From contig CAVPLU010000012.1 in the NCBI GenBank assembly GCA_963706285.1, positions 64,001 to 128,000 of the forward strand: a DNA stretch of 64,000 nt, written 5' to 3'. The notes under the pieces are model-generated. The model was not told the DNA's origin and did not search any database. It worked only from the letters and a program-made list of their open reading frames with translations. The first letter of the stretch is position 1. Each line of letters starts with the position of its first letter. This DNA comes from Candidatus Bathyarchaeota archaeon (lineage in GTDB: Archaea; Thermoproteota; Bathyarchaeia; 40CM-2-53-6). This document shows positions 29,345 to 40,827 of this stretch, one piece after another. The position numbers and the translations under genes were made by a program.

Positions 29345-30412
29345 GTGGCAGTGTCAACGAGGCGAGCTTCAAGTTATGCTCAAGTCTCAGCATCCGTTCG
29401 CGCGATGAAGGCGAAGATGTTTGGCGCGAACGGCTACGACCGTTTGCTGAGATGTTCGACTTCATCTGAGTGCATATCGATCCTGCAGGAAGAAGACTAT
29501 TTTGAGAGGTCAGTCAGCAACAGGCGAACTGTTGATCCAATTTCATGGCAGAGACTCTTCGATGCCAAGATGACGCAAGCTTGCAAAGAAGCTCGCCAGA
29601 CTGTCCCCGGATGATTGCGCACGACTGCTGGATGAGTATGCGAGCCAATATCGTCTCGAATCTCTGAAAAGTCTAGCTTGAGGATGATGGTCGCGCATGA
29701 AATTGAAGGACTACAGTCAGATACCTGCGCGGTGATCTGAAAGATGACTCTCTTCGTAGCGCCGTGGAAACGCGGAACGTAGAACGACTAGTCCAAGCTT
29801 GCCGGGTGCTCTACCTCTCTATGGCGAGATTTCTTCTGCTTTGGCAGAGAAGAAGCCTCTGCCTTTCATCGAGGCGATCGTCGACAAGCACGCTGCTTCA
29901 CACGCATTGGGACGCTACCGATATGCGCGATTGGATGGACAAGCAGTCTGTTCAAGGAGTTGGTTGGTGAGCAAATTGACTGAACCAATCTCCTCCTCAT
30001 AGCTCGATCGAAAACGCTCGGGATCTCGAATGATGATCTTCAGCAGATGCTGGTACCCGTGAACTATCGCATTGGTGGAGCGCATCGTGGAAGCGATCAA
30101 TGCGGGATCCACGACCAACGCCTTGAGAGCCTTTCTCAAAGACAGCCTACGCTAGCTCAGTGGAGAGATTCCTTGATACCTTCAAGGAGGGTGACTCGCT
30201 TTACCCGCTAGACGTGCTGCTTCGAAGACAACACGCAACCAGTTGCCTGTCGGCCTTTACCGGCTTCCCGTTCTGCGCTGGATTGCCGCTTGCGTTCGCA
30301 TATCTCATGAACTACGAAGCATCAGATGTACAATCGATAGTGTTCGGCAAACGTGATGGCCTCGCGACTGGAAAGGATCGAGCAGTTTCTCATTCTCCAG
30401 AAAGTGTTATAA
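29345..30412 (+). pseudogene. atpC: A/V-type ATP synthase subunit C; multiple frameshifts
   Basis: YAQVSASVRAMKAK N-terminus and PF..GLPLAFAYLMNYEASDVQSIVFGK C-terminus. Confidence 0.78.
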
Positions 30413-30439
30413 TAGACTCGTGAGGTATCCCGTCAGCTC

Positions 30440-30796
30440 GTGATCTCAGTGCCGTCCAAGTCGAGACGAATGCTGCTTGCAGCTCTTCTGATGCTGATCG
30501 GAGTAGCTACCATTATCGCTCATGGCTGCAGTATCGTATTCTCAGCCAGACCTCACCCCAGCAACAAGTACCCGGCATCCCTGAGAAAGGACTCTTTCTG
30601 GTCGGTGCAGGAATTGCAGCAGGTCTCGCAGCGTTAGGAGCTGGCGTAGGCCTTGGAACCGCAAGCGCTGCAGCAATAGGAGCGATCGCTGAGAAAGCTG
30701 AGTTGTTCGGCAGAACTCTTCTCTACATCGTGCTGATTGAAGCCATCGCGATCTACGGACTCGCCATGTTCTTCATCATATTCAGCTTGCTGTTAG
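30440..30796 (+). pseudogene. atpK: A/V-type ATP synthase proteolipid subunit K (c); frameshifted
   Basis: Frame from 30601 reads VGAGIAAGLAALGAGVGLGTASAAAIGAIAEKAELFGRTLLYIVLIEAIAIYGL. Confidence 0.85.
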
Positions 30797-30843
30797 ATCT
30801 GAGGCAAGCGAAACGATATACGGTGATCCAATTTCGAGCACGT

Positions 30844-32842
30844 CTAGTGTGAGTGTTGCGCTGGATATCCAAAGGGCTTGAACGCGTACGCCTGAATCCA
30901 CGCGTAGAATTTCAAGAACCATTCGACCCAGTGAAGCCTTAGATCCTGAAGGAAAACGAACGCCGTTTCCAGGATCAGGATCATCATGAATGTCAGTACG
31001 AGCGAATATGGGAGCACCAATGTAGATGGGCGTCCCGAAGAGGATGCCAAGAAATAGGATGACTAAACACATCATGTATCATCTTCATCGCCATTATTCG
31101 AATGTAAGAGATCGTGTGCGAGATCGAGGCAAACATGGATTCCATCCAGTCACCAATTCCCTCGAATGGCCCTGCGATTCGAACTTTGCGCAGCTAACAT
31201 CAGTGCAGAAGGCAATGCCCAGCAATCCAAGGACCAGAAGGAAGGTTCGACAAGAACATAGGATATCAGACCGAAACCATGCGCAAGAATAAGATAGCCA
31301 AGTGTCACGTAGAACCAAAGCCAGAGACCTGGGCCGCCGATCAATTCACCGTATTCCTTGATTCTTGACTTTGTTCACGATATCCAGCACTAGCCCAGAC
31401 GATACGTGCACAATTCCGATGATGATCGACACTTTGACGAAGCGTTATTGGATGTTTGAAAGGATCAAACCAGAGCGGACCGCTCAGCCCTGTCAGTTCG
31501 ACGGAACCATTCTTCGCTTCCCATGAAGCTCCCATACAGAAAACCGAAGACTATCGCCGCAAGCACCTCCCAATATCAGCAAACCGGATCCGTCGAGTAT
31601 CATGTTGAATAGGCCACCGAGACCGGCGAATGCTCTGCTCCTGGAAACCGCGTTCCTTTCTTCTTTGCATAGAATAGTCCGGATCGAAAGCAAGACGAAG
31701 AGCAGCCCGTGCCCGACGTCTCCGAACATCAATCCAAAGAATAGCGGGTAGGTTACAATCCAGAGAATGGTAGGATCCAGTTCCGTGCTCGCAGGAGTCC
31801 CAAAACCTACGGTTAGCCGCTGGAAAGAGCCCTGTTCCGCGAGGGTTTCGAAGTAGCGTCGGGCTGCCTTGCCCGACCAGTCCTGCACTACGCAGTGACC
31901 GTCGGAGACTTCGTCTAGTGCGCTCGAAGCTCCTCGAATTCGGTTCGCGGGCAACCATCCTTCGAGCACGTAGGTTGATCCAGTCTTTCCGCAGACGTCC
32001 CTTCGCTTCTTCGACGATCTTTTCACCATCGACCAACTCGCCATTGATGCAGCCACTCTGACATTCTCGAGAAACCAGTTCGTTGATCTTTGCTCTTGAG
32101 TTCGTGTTCTCGCTCTCTTGTCTTTTCGATCCAGCTGTCCGGTTGGAATCGAATGTTCTTTGAGCTTGAACCTCTGCGACTTTCAGGTCTAGGGCTTGAC
32201 TCAGAACGCTCAATTACTGCGCCTTCGCCCTTGCGAGCCGCAAGCACATCTGCCACCTGATCAGTTATCGCTCTCCTGATGGTTTCAGTCACGTTCTCTT
32301 TCTCGTGGAATTGTCTGAGCGATTCGATCTTGCTGAAGTCTCTGGTGGGTTCAGAGCCGTCGAAGATTCTGAACAGTTATCTCCTCAAGCCTGTGTCTGC
32401 CCTCTGGAGAGTTGACGTCAGCGATCTTCATCATTTCTCTGACACTCGCACCTAACTCGTGTCTGCAAACCTGTGATCTTCTCTGCGGCTTCCAGTCTCA
32501 CGTGATAGCGCTCACGTCCTGCTCTAGAGCTCGTATACTCGATTTTCGATTTCACGAATCTGTTCTCGGAAAGCGACTCAGCTGACCTGAATGGGTTCGA
32601 TCGTTACCGGCAACTGGTGGCAGAGCGCTGTGAGATTTGCAATCTTTGAACTAATCGTAACGAGTCGATAGAGTCTTTCGGATGTCGGGCAGGGAGAAAC
32701 TGCACCCTCGTAGCCTTTGAGCATGTCTTTTACATCAAGCAATTCGATGAGCTCTGGCGTCACGAAGGTATCTCATGACGGAGTCGAAGTGGTCTTTGTG
32801 AACAATGATCTCAATGCGCTTCATTCTTGCGGGGAATAGCAT
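30844..32842 (-). pseudogene. atpI: A/V-type ATP synthase subunit I (a); many frameshifts
   Basis: MLFPARMKRIEI start, EGWLP, ELDPT...YPLFFGLMFGDVGHG and LRLHWVEWFLKFY...FKPF fragments. Confidence 0.85.
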
Positions 32843-33047
32843 GTTGGACACCTCTTGGCGAGAACTACCTCACGGGGTCCGTCGATCCTCTTAAGACTTA
32901 ACCTTTTGAGTGCTCTGTGAAATCATCGTTCCGTAATGATTCCGATGGGCCGTCACTGCCCGTACTCGTGACTGGATCGTTGGTCATTTGAGGAGATGAG
33001 TTTTATTGCATCGAGTGAGTATTTCTACTCTTGAGGTCAACGTCGTC

Positions 33048-33225
33048 ATGCCAAAATGCGACAAATGCGGCGACGAATTCAGGGACCTTCAAGAATGCGA
33101 TTTCTGTGACAAGTATTTCTGTTCAGCAGCATTACGCGGATCATATGGCATGGGAACAAAGACACTCCGGATTAGCATCAGAAGAGGGCCGGTTCTGGAG
33201 AAAGAGGACATCACAGCCCGATTAG
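33048..33225 (+). CDS. Small AN1-like zinc-finger protein; one frameshift near 33125
   Basis: MPKCDKCG...ECDFCDKYFC then QHYADHMAWE in the adjacent frame. Confidence 0.6.
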
Positions 33226-33268
33226 ATCCGAGCATCCGTCTAGGTGCGCTACCCGAGGCCTAGGCTGG

Positions 33269-34710
33269 CTAGGCTCCGAACCGTCGCATCGATGATTGCT
33301 CAAAAGAGGAGCAGGATAGATTCCGAGCAAGAGTAAGCGGAACGAGAAAAGCAGCAAGCGCCAAGAGCTCGAATCTAGGCGCTTCATTCCTTGTCAGAGG
33401 ACGGGCGGGTGCACTCATCAGAACTCTGCGAAGCATCCACACAAAGTAGCCAGCGGTTATGGCTGGAATGAGCACTACGAATGCTAGGAGGAGATTCACT
33501 TTGATCGCGGAGAGGATCACCATGTATTCGCTGATGAAACTTGCAAAGCTTGGAAATCCCATCGCGCCAAGAGATGCCAGTACTAGTAGAAGAGCAGTGA
33601 ATGGCATCACTTTTCCTAGGCCAGAAAGTTCTCGGATCGTCCTGGTCCCCATCTGATGGTGTATCACACCTGACATCAGAAAGAGCATTCCAATGGCACA
33701 GGCGTGATTGAACATCTGGAAGACCGCTCCAGAGAGCCCCATTGCCGTGAAGGTGAAGGCGCCTAGCAGAACGTATCCCATGTGGTTTATGCTCGTCAGC
33801 GCAATCATACGCTTCAGGTCCTGCTGAACCATTGCCACAATAGCACCATACGCCATCGTCAAAATCGCAAGGCCGATCAGTGCTGGTGAGAGAACGCGTG
33901 ATGCTTCAGGGAACAAGCTCAACAAGATGCGAATGAAACCGTATCCTCCCATCTTCAGCAGCAGACCGGCAAGCAGGACGCTGATCGGTGACGGTGCTTC
34001 AACGTGAGCATCCGGAAGCCACGTGTGGAATGGAACGACAGGAAGTTTGACGGCGAAACCGAAGAACACAGCGACAGCCATGGGTATCTGCAGCATCAAA
34101 GGCACTTTCATGTTCGACAGAGTCACAAGATCGAACGTGTGAGGTTGAGAGAAGACGTAGAGAGCGATGAACCCTAGAAGCATCACGGTGCTGCCAACGT
34201 GTGTGAAGATCAGGAACTTCATCGCGGCGTACTTTCTCCTCGGTCCTCCCCAGACTCCTATGAAGAAGAACATGGGAATGAGAACTAGCTCCCAGAATGA
34301 CGTAGAAGAGAATCAGATTGAGCGAGGTGAAGACTCCAATTATCGATCCTTCGAACAGTAGAAGAAGCGCATAGTACGGGCCTATGGCGAACTTGATCTC
34401 TCGCCATGAACCCACTGTAGAGAGCGTCGTCAACAGCGTTGAGATTATCAGCAGGGGCAGGCTTATTCCGTCGATTCCGAGCACAAATGTCAGGCCGAAT
34501 GATTGCGCCCAAGGAAAAGTCTCGACCATCTGAAATCCTGTGCGTTCTAGTCTGGAAGGTGGCAAATGCCCACAGAGCAAGAACGAGCGTAGTGACTGAT
34601 ATCAGCAGAGCAAGTGCCTTGGCGGCTTTCTCGTTGATGCGTGAGACCAGAAATACCAAGAGGGCTCCAGCTATCGGAAGCAGCACCATTGTCGAGAGTA
34701 TGCCGACCAT
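33269..34710 (-). CDS. nuoM: NADH-quinone oxidoreductase subunit M (second copy); frameshifts near 34530, 34290 and the 3' end
   Basis: LGIDGISLPL, WGGPRRKYAAMKF, PFHTWLPDAHVEAP, LLLKMGGYG. Confidence 0.92.
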
Positions 34711-34716
34711 TTGAGA

Positions 34717-36820
34717 TCACTTTCCCAAGAAGACTAGCGCGATTACAATTAGGAAGACTCCGAACGCAAAGAGCAGCAAGTATTGCTGAACCATTCCGGT
34801 TTGAAGCCTTGAGATAGCACGGGAGAAGCGTTTACCGGTCGCGGCTATGCCGTTCACTGCCCCGTCCACGACCCGGACGATCGAACCTGTCGCCGCCGCT
34901 TGATATGCCGACTGACAGTCCGGAGACTCCGCCGCTGATGCGGTCAAAGAATCTGGATTCGACCCACTTACCGAGAGAGTGGCTCAAGGCGATTGTTCCG
35001 TTCACGAAAACGACATAGTAGGCCGGATTCACGTAGAGTCTGTTCCACAGGAAGTTGTATCCGGATCTTAGCAGAGGGTTCTCGAGCATCTTTGATGCGT
35101 CGATCTTCCTTGAGATGTAAAGCCCGTATCCGATTGCTCCACCCACAGCGAGGACTAGGACTGTGGTAAGAGTAGCTGCCAATTCTGGAGAAAGATATTG
35201 AAGAAGGCTCTCATTGGGGATTCTCTCGGGCACATTGCCAACAAGGGTCAGGCCTCTGCTCAGAAATCCGGTGAGAGCTTCTTCAAATAGAGGCCCGGCG
35301 AGGCCAATGATGATTGATGAAGCAGCGAGTAGGAGGTACGGGATATACATGATGGGGCGAGCCTCGTGGATGACTACTCCTTCGTGTTCCAGCTCTTTGA
35401 TGTGTGCACTTTTCGGTCCAAGAAACACCCATCCAATGATCTTGAGGCTGTAGACGAATGTGAGTGTTGCTGTGATCGCGGCGAGCACGTAGAGCCAGAG
35501 CTGTCCAGACTCCCATGTGACCGCTAGGATGGCGTCCTTGCTCCAGAATCCACTGAATGGAGGGACCCCCGACAAGGCCAGAACGCAAACCAGCATTGTC
35601 ACAAAGGTGAGTTTCATGTTTGATCTGATGCCTCCCATCTCGTTCATGAATCGAGTTTCACAGGAGTGTATGACAGCCCCGGCAGCCATGAAAGCCGCGG
35701 CTTTGAAGATCGCGTGGTTCATCAGGTGAAACAAGCCCGCGGTGTAACCGGCGGCAAATTGCATGCCCATCCCGCCGACGCCGATCGCGAGCATCATGTA
35801 TCCTATCTGAGAAGCAGTCGAGTATGCCAACGTCTTCTTCAGCTCTTTTGCAACAATCGCTTGAGCGGCTGCAGCGAGAGCTGAGATCGCTCCGATCCAT
35901 CCAACAATCTCGAAGAATGTGAAAGGCTGACCGTACGCAATGATGGCAGCGAAGAAGATAGGTCCGGCGCGTGCTACCAAGTAGACTCCTGCCTTCACCA
36001 TTGTGGCAGCATGGATCAAAGCGGAAACTGGTGTGGGGCCAGCCATTGCATCAGGTAGCCATTCGTGCAATGGAAGCTGAGCTGACTTGCCGATTGGGCC
36101 CCAAAGCATGAGAAGCGCCGTCGGCAGAAGGAAACCTGTTTTCGCCAAATCGCCTGCCCAGCTAGTGTTTCGGGACAGTTCAGCAAGATTTAGCGTTCCC
36201 GCAGCCGAGTAAATGATGAAGATTGCAACGAGCAGACCGATGTCCCCGATTCTTGTCATTATGAATGCTTTCAGTCCCGAATGACTTGGAGGGTAGGTCA
36301 TCGGTATTCCCCAAGTTCTGTGCCCCTCGGAACCTACCCACTTGTCAGGCTCGTCAGTGTACCAGTAGCCTATCAACCCGTAGGAACATAACCCGACGCC
36401 CTCCCACCCAAACATAAGTTGCAGCAAATTGTCTGAGAGAACCAGCAATAGCATGTTTCCGATGAAGTAGTTGATGAAGAACCAGTATCTTGTGAGAGTC
36501 TTCTCTCCCTGCATGTAACCGATGCTATACACGACAATTAGGAAACTGACCCATGCGACTACATTTGACATCAAGACACTTAGTGGATCGACAAGCATGC
36601 CTGCTTTGATTCCGAGAGAGGGGATCCACTGGACCTGCAGGTCATATGTCTGACCGTCCAGAACGTCCGGAATCATCATCGACGCCAAGATCGCGGCGAG
36701 TAAGGGAAAAACGGCAGCGACTATGTTTCCTCCCTTGCGATTAATTCGGGAGACCGGCACGACTACGAGTGCGCCAACCATCGGGAGAATCCAAACGAGC
36801 CAAGGGACTATCGTGTTCAT
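34717..36820 (-). CDS. nuoL: NADH-quinone oxidoreductase subunit L; frameshift near 34878
   Basis: GWEGVGLCSY.LIG, GKSAQLPLHEWLPDAMAGPTPVSALIHAATMV, GFWSKD; terminal LQTG-TM in another frame. Confidence 0.95.
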
Positions 36821-36830
36821 TGTTCAACCC

Positions 36831-38318
36831 TCATTTGATCATGGTTGAAATTTGCGTGAGTATTCCGCTGATCACGGTATCAGGCAAGATTCCCAAGATA
36901 ATCGCCACTGCAGCTAGTATGATCAGTGGAACGGTCATCGTGAAGGGAGCTTCTACTACTTCCGTCAGTTCTGCAGGCAAGCGCCCGAAGAAGATGCGTT
37001 TCATTGTCCACAGAGTATATCCGGCCGTGAGCGCTGTCGAGATGACTGCGCCGATCGCAACAATCAGCTTCTGTAGCGTGAGAGGATGCATCGCGGAATT
37101 GATGGATCCGAAGAAGATCAAGAATTCTGATATGAAACCGCTGGTAGGCGGAACGCCCACTATCGTTAGGAACCCGATTAGGGCAGCTGTGGCGGTAATC
37201 GGCATCTTTCTTGCGAGTCCTCCTAGCTTGGATATGCTTCTAGTTCCATGCGCTTGCACTATGATTATTCCAGCAACCATGAACAAGATGCCCTTGCCCA
37301 TTCCGTGGCTCAGATAATGAAACATCGAGCCAGAAACACCATCAATTTGGACTGAAGCGATCCCAAGTAGAATGTATCCCATCTGACTTACGCTGGAGTA
37401 TGCCATCAGACGCTTTATGTCGTCTTGAACGAGCGCCATCAGTCCGCCGTACACCATCGTGATCAACGCCCAGATGCTAAGCTGAAATGAGATCGCGCCG
37501 ATCAATTCGGGAGAGATTGTCATGAGAATTCTCACGATGGCATATCCTCCGATTCCGATCATTGCAGGGGAAAGCAGAGCACTGATTGGAGTAGGAGCCT
37601 CCGCGTGAGTGGAAGGAAGCCAGACGTGAACACCGAAGGTCGCCATCTTCACGAGGAGTCCCGTGAGGATCATGAGTGTAATCCAGAACCCGTAGGGTTT
37701 CGGAATGACGGCAGATGCCAGTGACGATAGGTCGAATGTTCCTGCGACGCCCCATAGTGTCAGGATCCCTGCCAGAAGTGTAAGTGCTCCGACATGTGTC
37801 CACATGAAATACATGAATGAGATCTTGTCTCTGTCGCCGTATCCCCATCGAGCAATCATGAAATACGAAGGAATCAACATCAACTCGAAGAATAGATAGA
37901 ACTCGATCAGGTTGGTGGCAAGTACAGCTCCGATCATTCCAGCCGCGTAGAGTAGATACAACGCGAAGTAGAGACCGTACTCCTTAGATTCTTCACCCAC
38001 CCTGTTAGATTCTTCACCCAGCCTGTGCCTCATGTACGGCATTGAATAAACTGAGATGACAAAGCAAAGCAGGCTGACTGTAAAGACGATGGGTACGCTT
38101 AGTCCGTCAGCCCTGAAACCGAAGTACCCGATTGGTTCCCATTGGAATTTCTCCATAACATTTCCTTGCAGAGCCGAGAAGATGACAGTCAGTGTGGAAA
38201 GACCAAGGGGAACCGAGGTGATCCATCCCACCCGTGATCCGAGTCGGTTCGAGAGGAACCAAACCACAGGGACAAATGCAAGCGGCAGGGCAACGCTCAG
38301 GAAAAGCAGTGAAGACAT
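36831..38318 (-). CDS. nuoM: NADH-quinone oxidoreductase subunit M (first copy)
   Basis: FFELMLIPSYF.I..WG, HVWLPSTHAEAPTPISALLS, KRLMAYSSVSQMGY, GFISEF. Confidence 0.9.
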   Translation of the reverse strand: MSSLLFLSVALPLAFVPVVWFLSNRLGSRVGWITSVPLGLSTLTVIFSALQGNVMEKFQWEPIGYFGFRADGLSVPIVFTVSLLCFVISVYSMPYMRHRLGEESNRVGEESKEYGLYFALYLLYAAGMIGAVLATNLIEFYLFFELMLIPSYFMIARWGYGDRDKISFMYFMWTHVGALTLLAGILTLWGVAGTFDLSSLASAVIPKPYGFWITLMILTGLLVKMATFGVHVWLPSTHAEAPTPISALLSPAMIGIGGYAIVRILMTISPELIGAISFQLSIWALITMVYGGLMALVQDDIKRLMAYSSVSQMGYILLGIASVQIDGVSGSMFHYLSHGMGKGILFMVAGIIIVQAHGTRSISKLGGLARKMPITATAALIGFLTIVGVPPTSGFISEFLIFFGSINSAMHPLTLQKLIVAIGAVISTALTAGYTLWTMKRIFFGRLPAELTEVVEAPFTMTVPLIILAAVAIILGILPDTVISGILTQISTMIK

Positions 38319-38321
38319 AGA

Positions 38322-38630
38322 CTATCCTCTAAGACGATTGAGTTTCCGAAGGTCTATTGTTCCGTTGAGTCTAAACGCCACAAGTATCAAGGCCAACCCT
38401 ACGGTGGCCTCCATTGCGGCTGCTGCGATCGAGAAGAAGACAATGTTCCAACCTGTCAGAATCGGCGGATTAGAGTATCGTGCAAATGCCACGAGGTTGA
38501 TGTTTGCAGCATTAACAATGAGTTCCACAGAAAAGAGTAGGCGGATAGCATTCCTCTTCGAGACCAGACCGTAGATGCCGATTCCAAGTAGTGCAGATGA
38601 TAGAATGATGTAGCTACTGAGTGGTTCCAT
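38322..38630 (-). CDS. nuoK: NADH-quinone oxidoreductase subunit K
   Basis: KRNAIRLLFSVELIVNAANINLV, AAAMEATVGLA, LRG end. Confidence 0.95.
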   Translation of the reverse strand: MEPLSSYIILSSALLGIGIYGLVSKRNAIRLLFSVELIVNAANINLVAFARYSNPPILTGWNIVFFSIAAAAMEATVGLALILVAFRLNGTIDLRKLNRLRG

Positions 38631-39138
38631 TAGATTTCTCCTCCCGCTCAACTTTTACAAGTGTTAGGCCGCCAACAACAGTGGCTCCGATGAGGAGCCC
38701 GAGGATCACAAGAGGAACAGCATAGGATGATGCCAATAAGCGACCGAGTTCCCGCAATGTGACTTGATAGAGTGCTGGCGCTTCCACAGAGCCAGGCATG
38801 AGCATGATGACGGCGCCTGCCATTGCAAGCGCGACCAGGCCAGCAACGAGCGCTCCTCCACGACCGAGACGACTCGGTTCTTCTTGCTCCACGATCTTCC
38901 CAGACTCTCTTCTGACCAGCATGATCGTAAAGAGAATCAAAACTACGACTGCACCTACGTATACGGATATTTGGAACATCGCCACATAGTCAGCGCCAAG
39001 AAGTATGAATAGCCCAGCCACTCCGATCAGCGAGAACGCGAGGCCGACCGCACCATAGATCAGTTCTTTGACTTCTAATGCGAAGATGGCCGACACGATG
39101 ATAAGACCGCTGATGGCAAGGAACGCAATGTCGACCAT
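38614..39138 (-). CDS. nuoJ: NADH-quinone oxidoreductase subunit J
   Basis: ADYVAMFQISVYVGAVVVLILFTIML. Confidence 0.93.
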   Translation of the reverse strand: MVDIAFLAISGLIIVSAIFALEVKELIYGAVGLAFSLIGVAGLFILLGADYVAMFQISVYVGAVVVLILFTIMLVRRESGKIVEQEEPSRLGRGGALVAGLVALAMAGAVIMLMPGSVEAPALYQVTLRELGRLLASSYAVPLVILGLLIGATVVGGLTLVKVEREEKSNGTTQ

Positions 39139-39139
39139 T

Positions 39140-40135
39140 TTAGATCCCCCAAACCCAACCTAGCCCACTGATGATCAGGGCAATGGTAACAAAGATATTC
39201 GCTAATGCTAGGAGGAGCAATCTAGTCCAGCCCGCCTTGAGCAAGATGTCCACTCTAACTCGTGGAAAGGTTCCTCGGATTATAATTATGACACTGGCCA
39301 CGATGAATGTCTTCAGAACAACCCAGACGGGTTGAGGTACAAAACCGAAGCCAGACCATCCTCCAAGAAATAGCGTCGTGATCAATGCGGACATTATGTA
39401 TAGTTTAGTGTACATTGCCAAGAACCCTAACATGAAAGCGGGGCCAGTGAGCTCAGTCATCCACCCCATAACCAGTTCACTTTCAGCTTCAGGCAAGTCG
39501 AACGGAGTCCTTTCAAGCTCAGCCAGCGCGGCTGTGAAGAACACTACAAAACCTAGTATTTGCGGTATCACGAACCATAGTCTCTGTTGAGCCTCCACGA
39601 TCTTTGTGAGATTCAGTGTGCCTGTCATCATGACTATGCCCAGAACTGAAAGCCACATCGGCACCTCGTAGGCAACCTGTTGGAACAAAGACCGCAACCC
39701 GCCGAGAAACGGATATTTGCTGTTGCTTCCCCAACCGATCAGAAGAATGACACTTGGGAATAGCGACATAACAGCAAACACGTAGACAAGACCTACGTCC
39801 ATATTTGCAATAACAAGCCCTTCACCGAATGGAATAGCTACTGCAGGAGCAAATGCGAGGAGCATCAAACCCAACGCGCAGAGCATTAGTAGTTTCATGT
39901 CAGCGAACTCTGGAAAAATCATCTGTTTGAACATCAATTTGGCGCCGTCGGCTATTGGCTGGAGTATACCTGAGAGACCTGCATACAAAGGTCCTATTCT
40001 AAGCTGGACGCGTGCAAGCACCTTTCTTTCCAGCCAAGTAAGAAAAGCAGCACTCAACATTACGTTGAGGAAACCGGGGAAGAAGACCAATTCGAGAAAC
40101 GTGCGTGAAGTGATTATCCTCACAGCAAGGTTCAC
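39140..40135 (-). CDS. nuoH: NADH-quinone oxidoreductase subunit H
   Basis: ERKVLARVQLRIGP, QPIADGAK, RTPFDLPEAESELV.G, PRVRVD. Confidence 0.96.
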   Translation of the reverse strand: MNLAVRIITSRTFLELVFFPGFLNVMLSAAFLTWLERKVLARVQLRIGPLYAGLSGILQPIADGAKLMFKQMIFPEFADMKLLMLCALGLMLLAFAPAVAIPFGEGLVIANMDVGLVYVFAVMSLFPSVILLIGWGSNSKYPFLGGLRSLFQQVAYEVPMWLSVLGIVMMTGTLNLTKIVEAQQRLWFVIPQILGFVVFFTAALAELERTPFDLPEAESELVMGWMTELTGPAFMLGFLAMYTKLYIMSALITTLFLGGWSGFGFVPQPVWVVLKTFIVASVIIIIRGTFPRVRVDILLKAGWTRLLLLALANIFVTIALIISGLGWVWGI

Positions 40136-40168
40136 GATCTCTTGAGGAGCCGGAAGTAGCCAACTATG

Positions 40169-40531
40169 TCACCAGAACTCTCGTTTCCCTGATAAGTACA
40201 AAGCGTAGGCCAGTGGTGCGATGAGGACAGCAACGAAAATCATAAACAGGTAGTTTTGAGTCAAGGATACTGTGGAGAAGGCGAGCCCCCAGGTGAAGAG
40301 AAACATCGCCACGACATCGAAGGCGATGAACATGATCAGATACGGATAGTATTGCATCATGTAACGTTGTCTTGCTTCGCCCAAGCGAGTCTGACCAGAT
40401 TCGAAAGGTGCATCTCTGATTGGGTCTCTTCCCTTTTCACCCATCAGCCAGCCAAAAAGCAGGAGCGGAAACGCGACTAGGAAGACTAGTATTTCGAATA
40501 TTGCCACAAGACTCCAGACATCAAGCACCAT
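40169..40531 (-). CDS. nuoA: NADH-quinone oxidoreductase subunit A
   Basis: PFESGQ, QYYPYLIMFIAFDV. Confidence 0.93.
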   Translation of the reverse strand: MVLDVWSLVAIFEILVFLVAFPLLLFGWLMGEKGRDPIRDAPFESGQTRLGEARQRYMMQYYPYLIMFIAFDVVAMFLFTWGLAFSTVSLTQNYLFMIFVAVLIAPLAYALYLSGKREFW

Positions 40532-40690
40532 TCAATTCTTCCTCTGCAAAGCTGTGGGCAGATCTTGCAGTGACTAAGCGGTACGAATATAAAGCGTACT
40601 GCTCAATTCACAAACTCGAAATACGAGCTGGGATCTGATAGTCTTCCCCCTAGAACAAGATGAAGTCACATGACTTGGAAATCGCCTGGA

Positions 40691-40822
40691 ATGACGCACA
40701 TGTGGTGCCCCAAGTGCAAGCAACAATATGGCACCGACGTAGAAGTGATTTTGAAGGATAACAAGATCGTCTACAAGTGGAAATGCAAAACCTGTGGAAG
40801 CGAGAACTACTCCGAAGACTAG
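40691..40822 (+). CDS. Zinc-ribbon microprotein (43 aa; alternative ATG at 40670)
   Basis: Translated by eye: MTHMWCPKCKQQYGTDVEVILKDNKIVYKWKCKTCGSENYSED, two CxxC motifs. Confidence 0.7.
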   Translation: MTHMWCPKCKQQYGTDVEVILKDNKIVYKWKCKTCGSENYSED

Positions 40823-40827
40823 GCTCA

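Noticed and set aside
37984-38019. 18-bp tandem duplication in nuoM (GEESNRV/GEESKE)
   Set aside because: Small in-frame loop duplication with no evident significance
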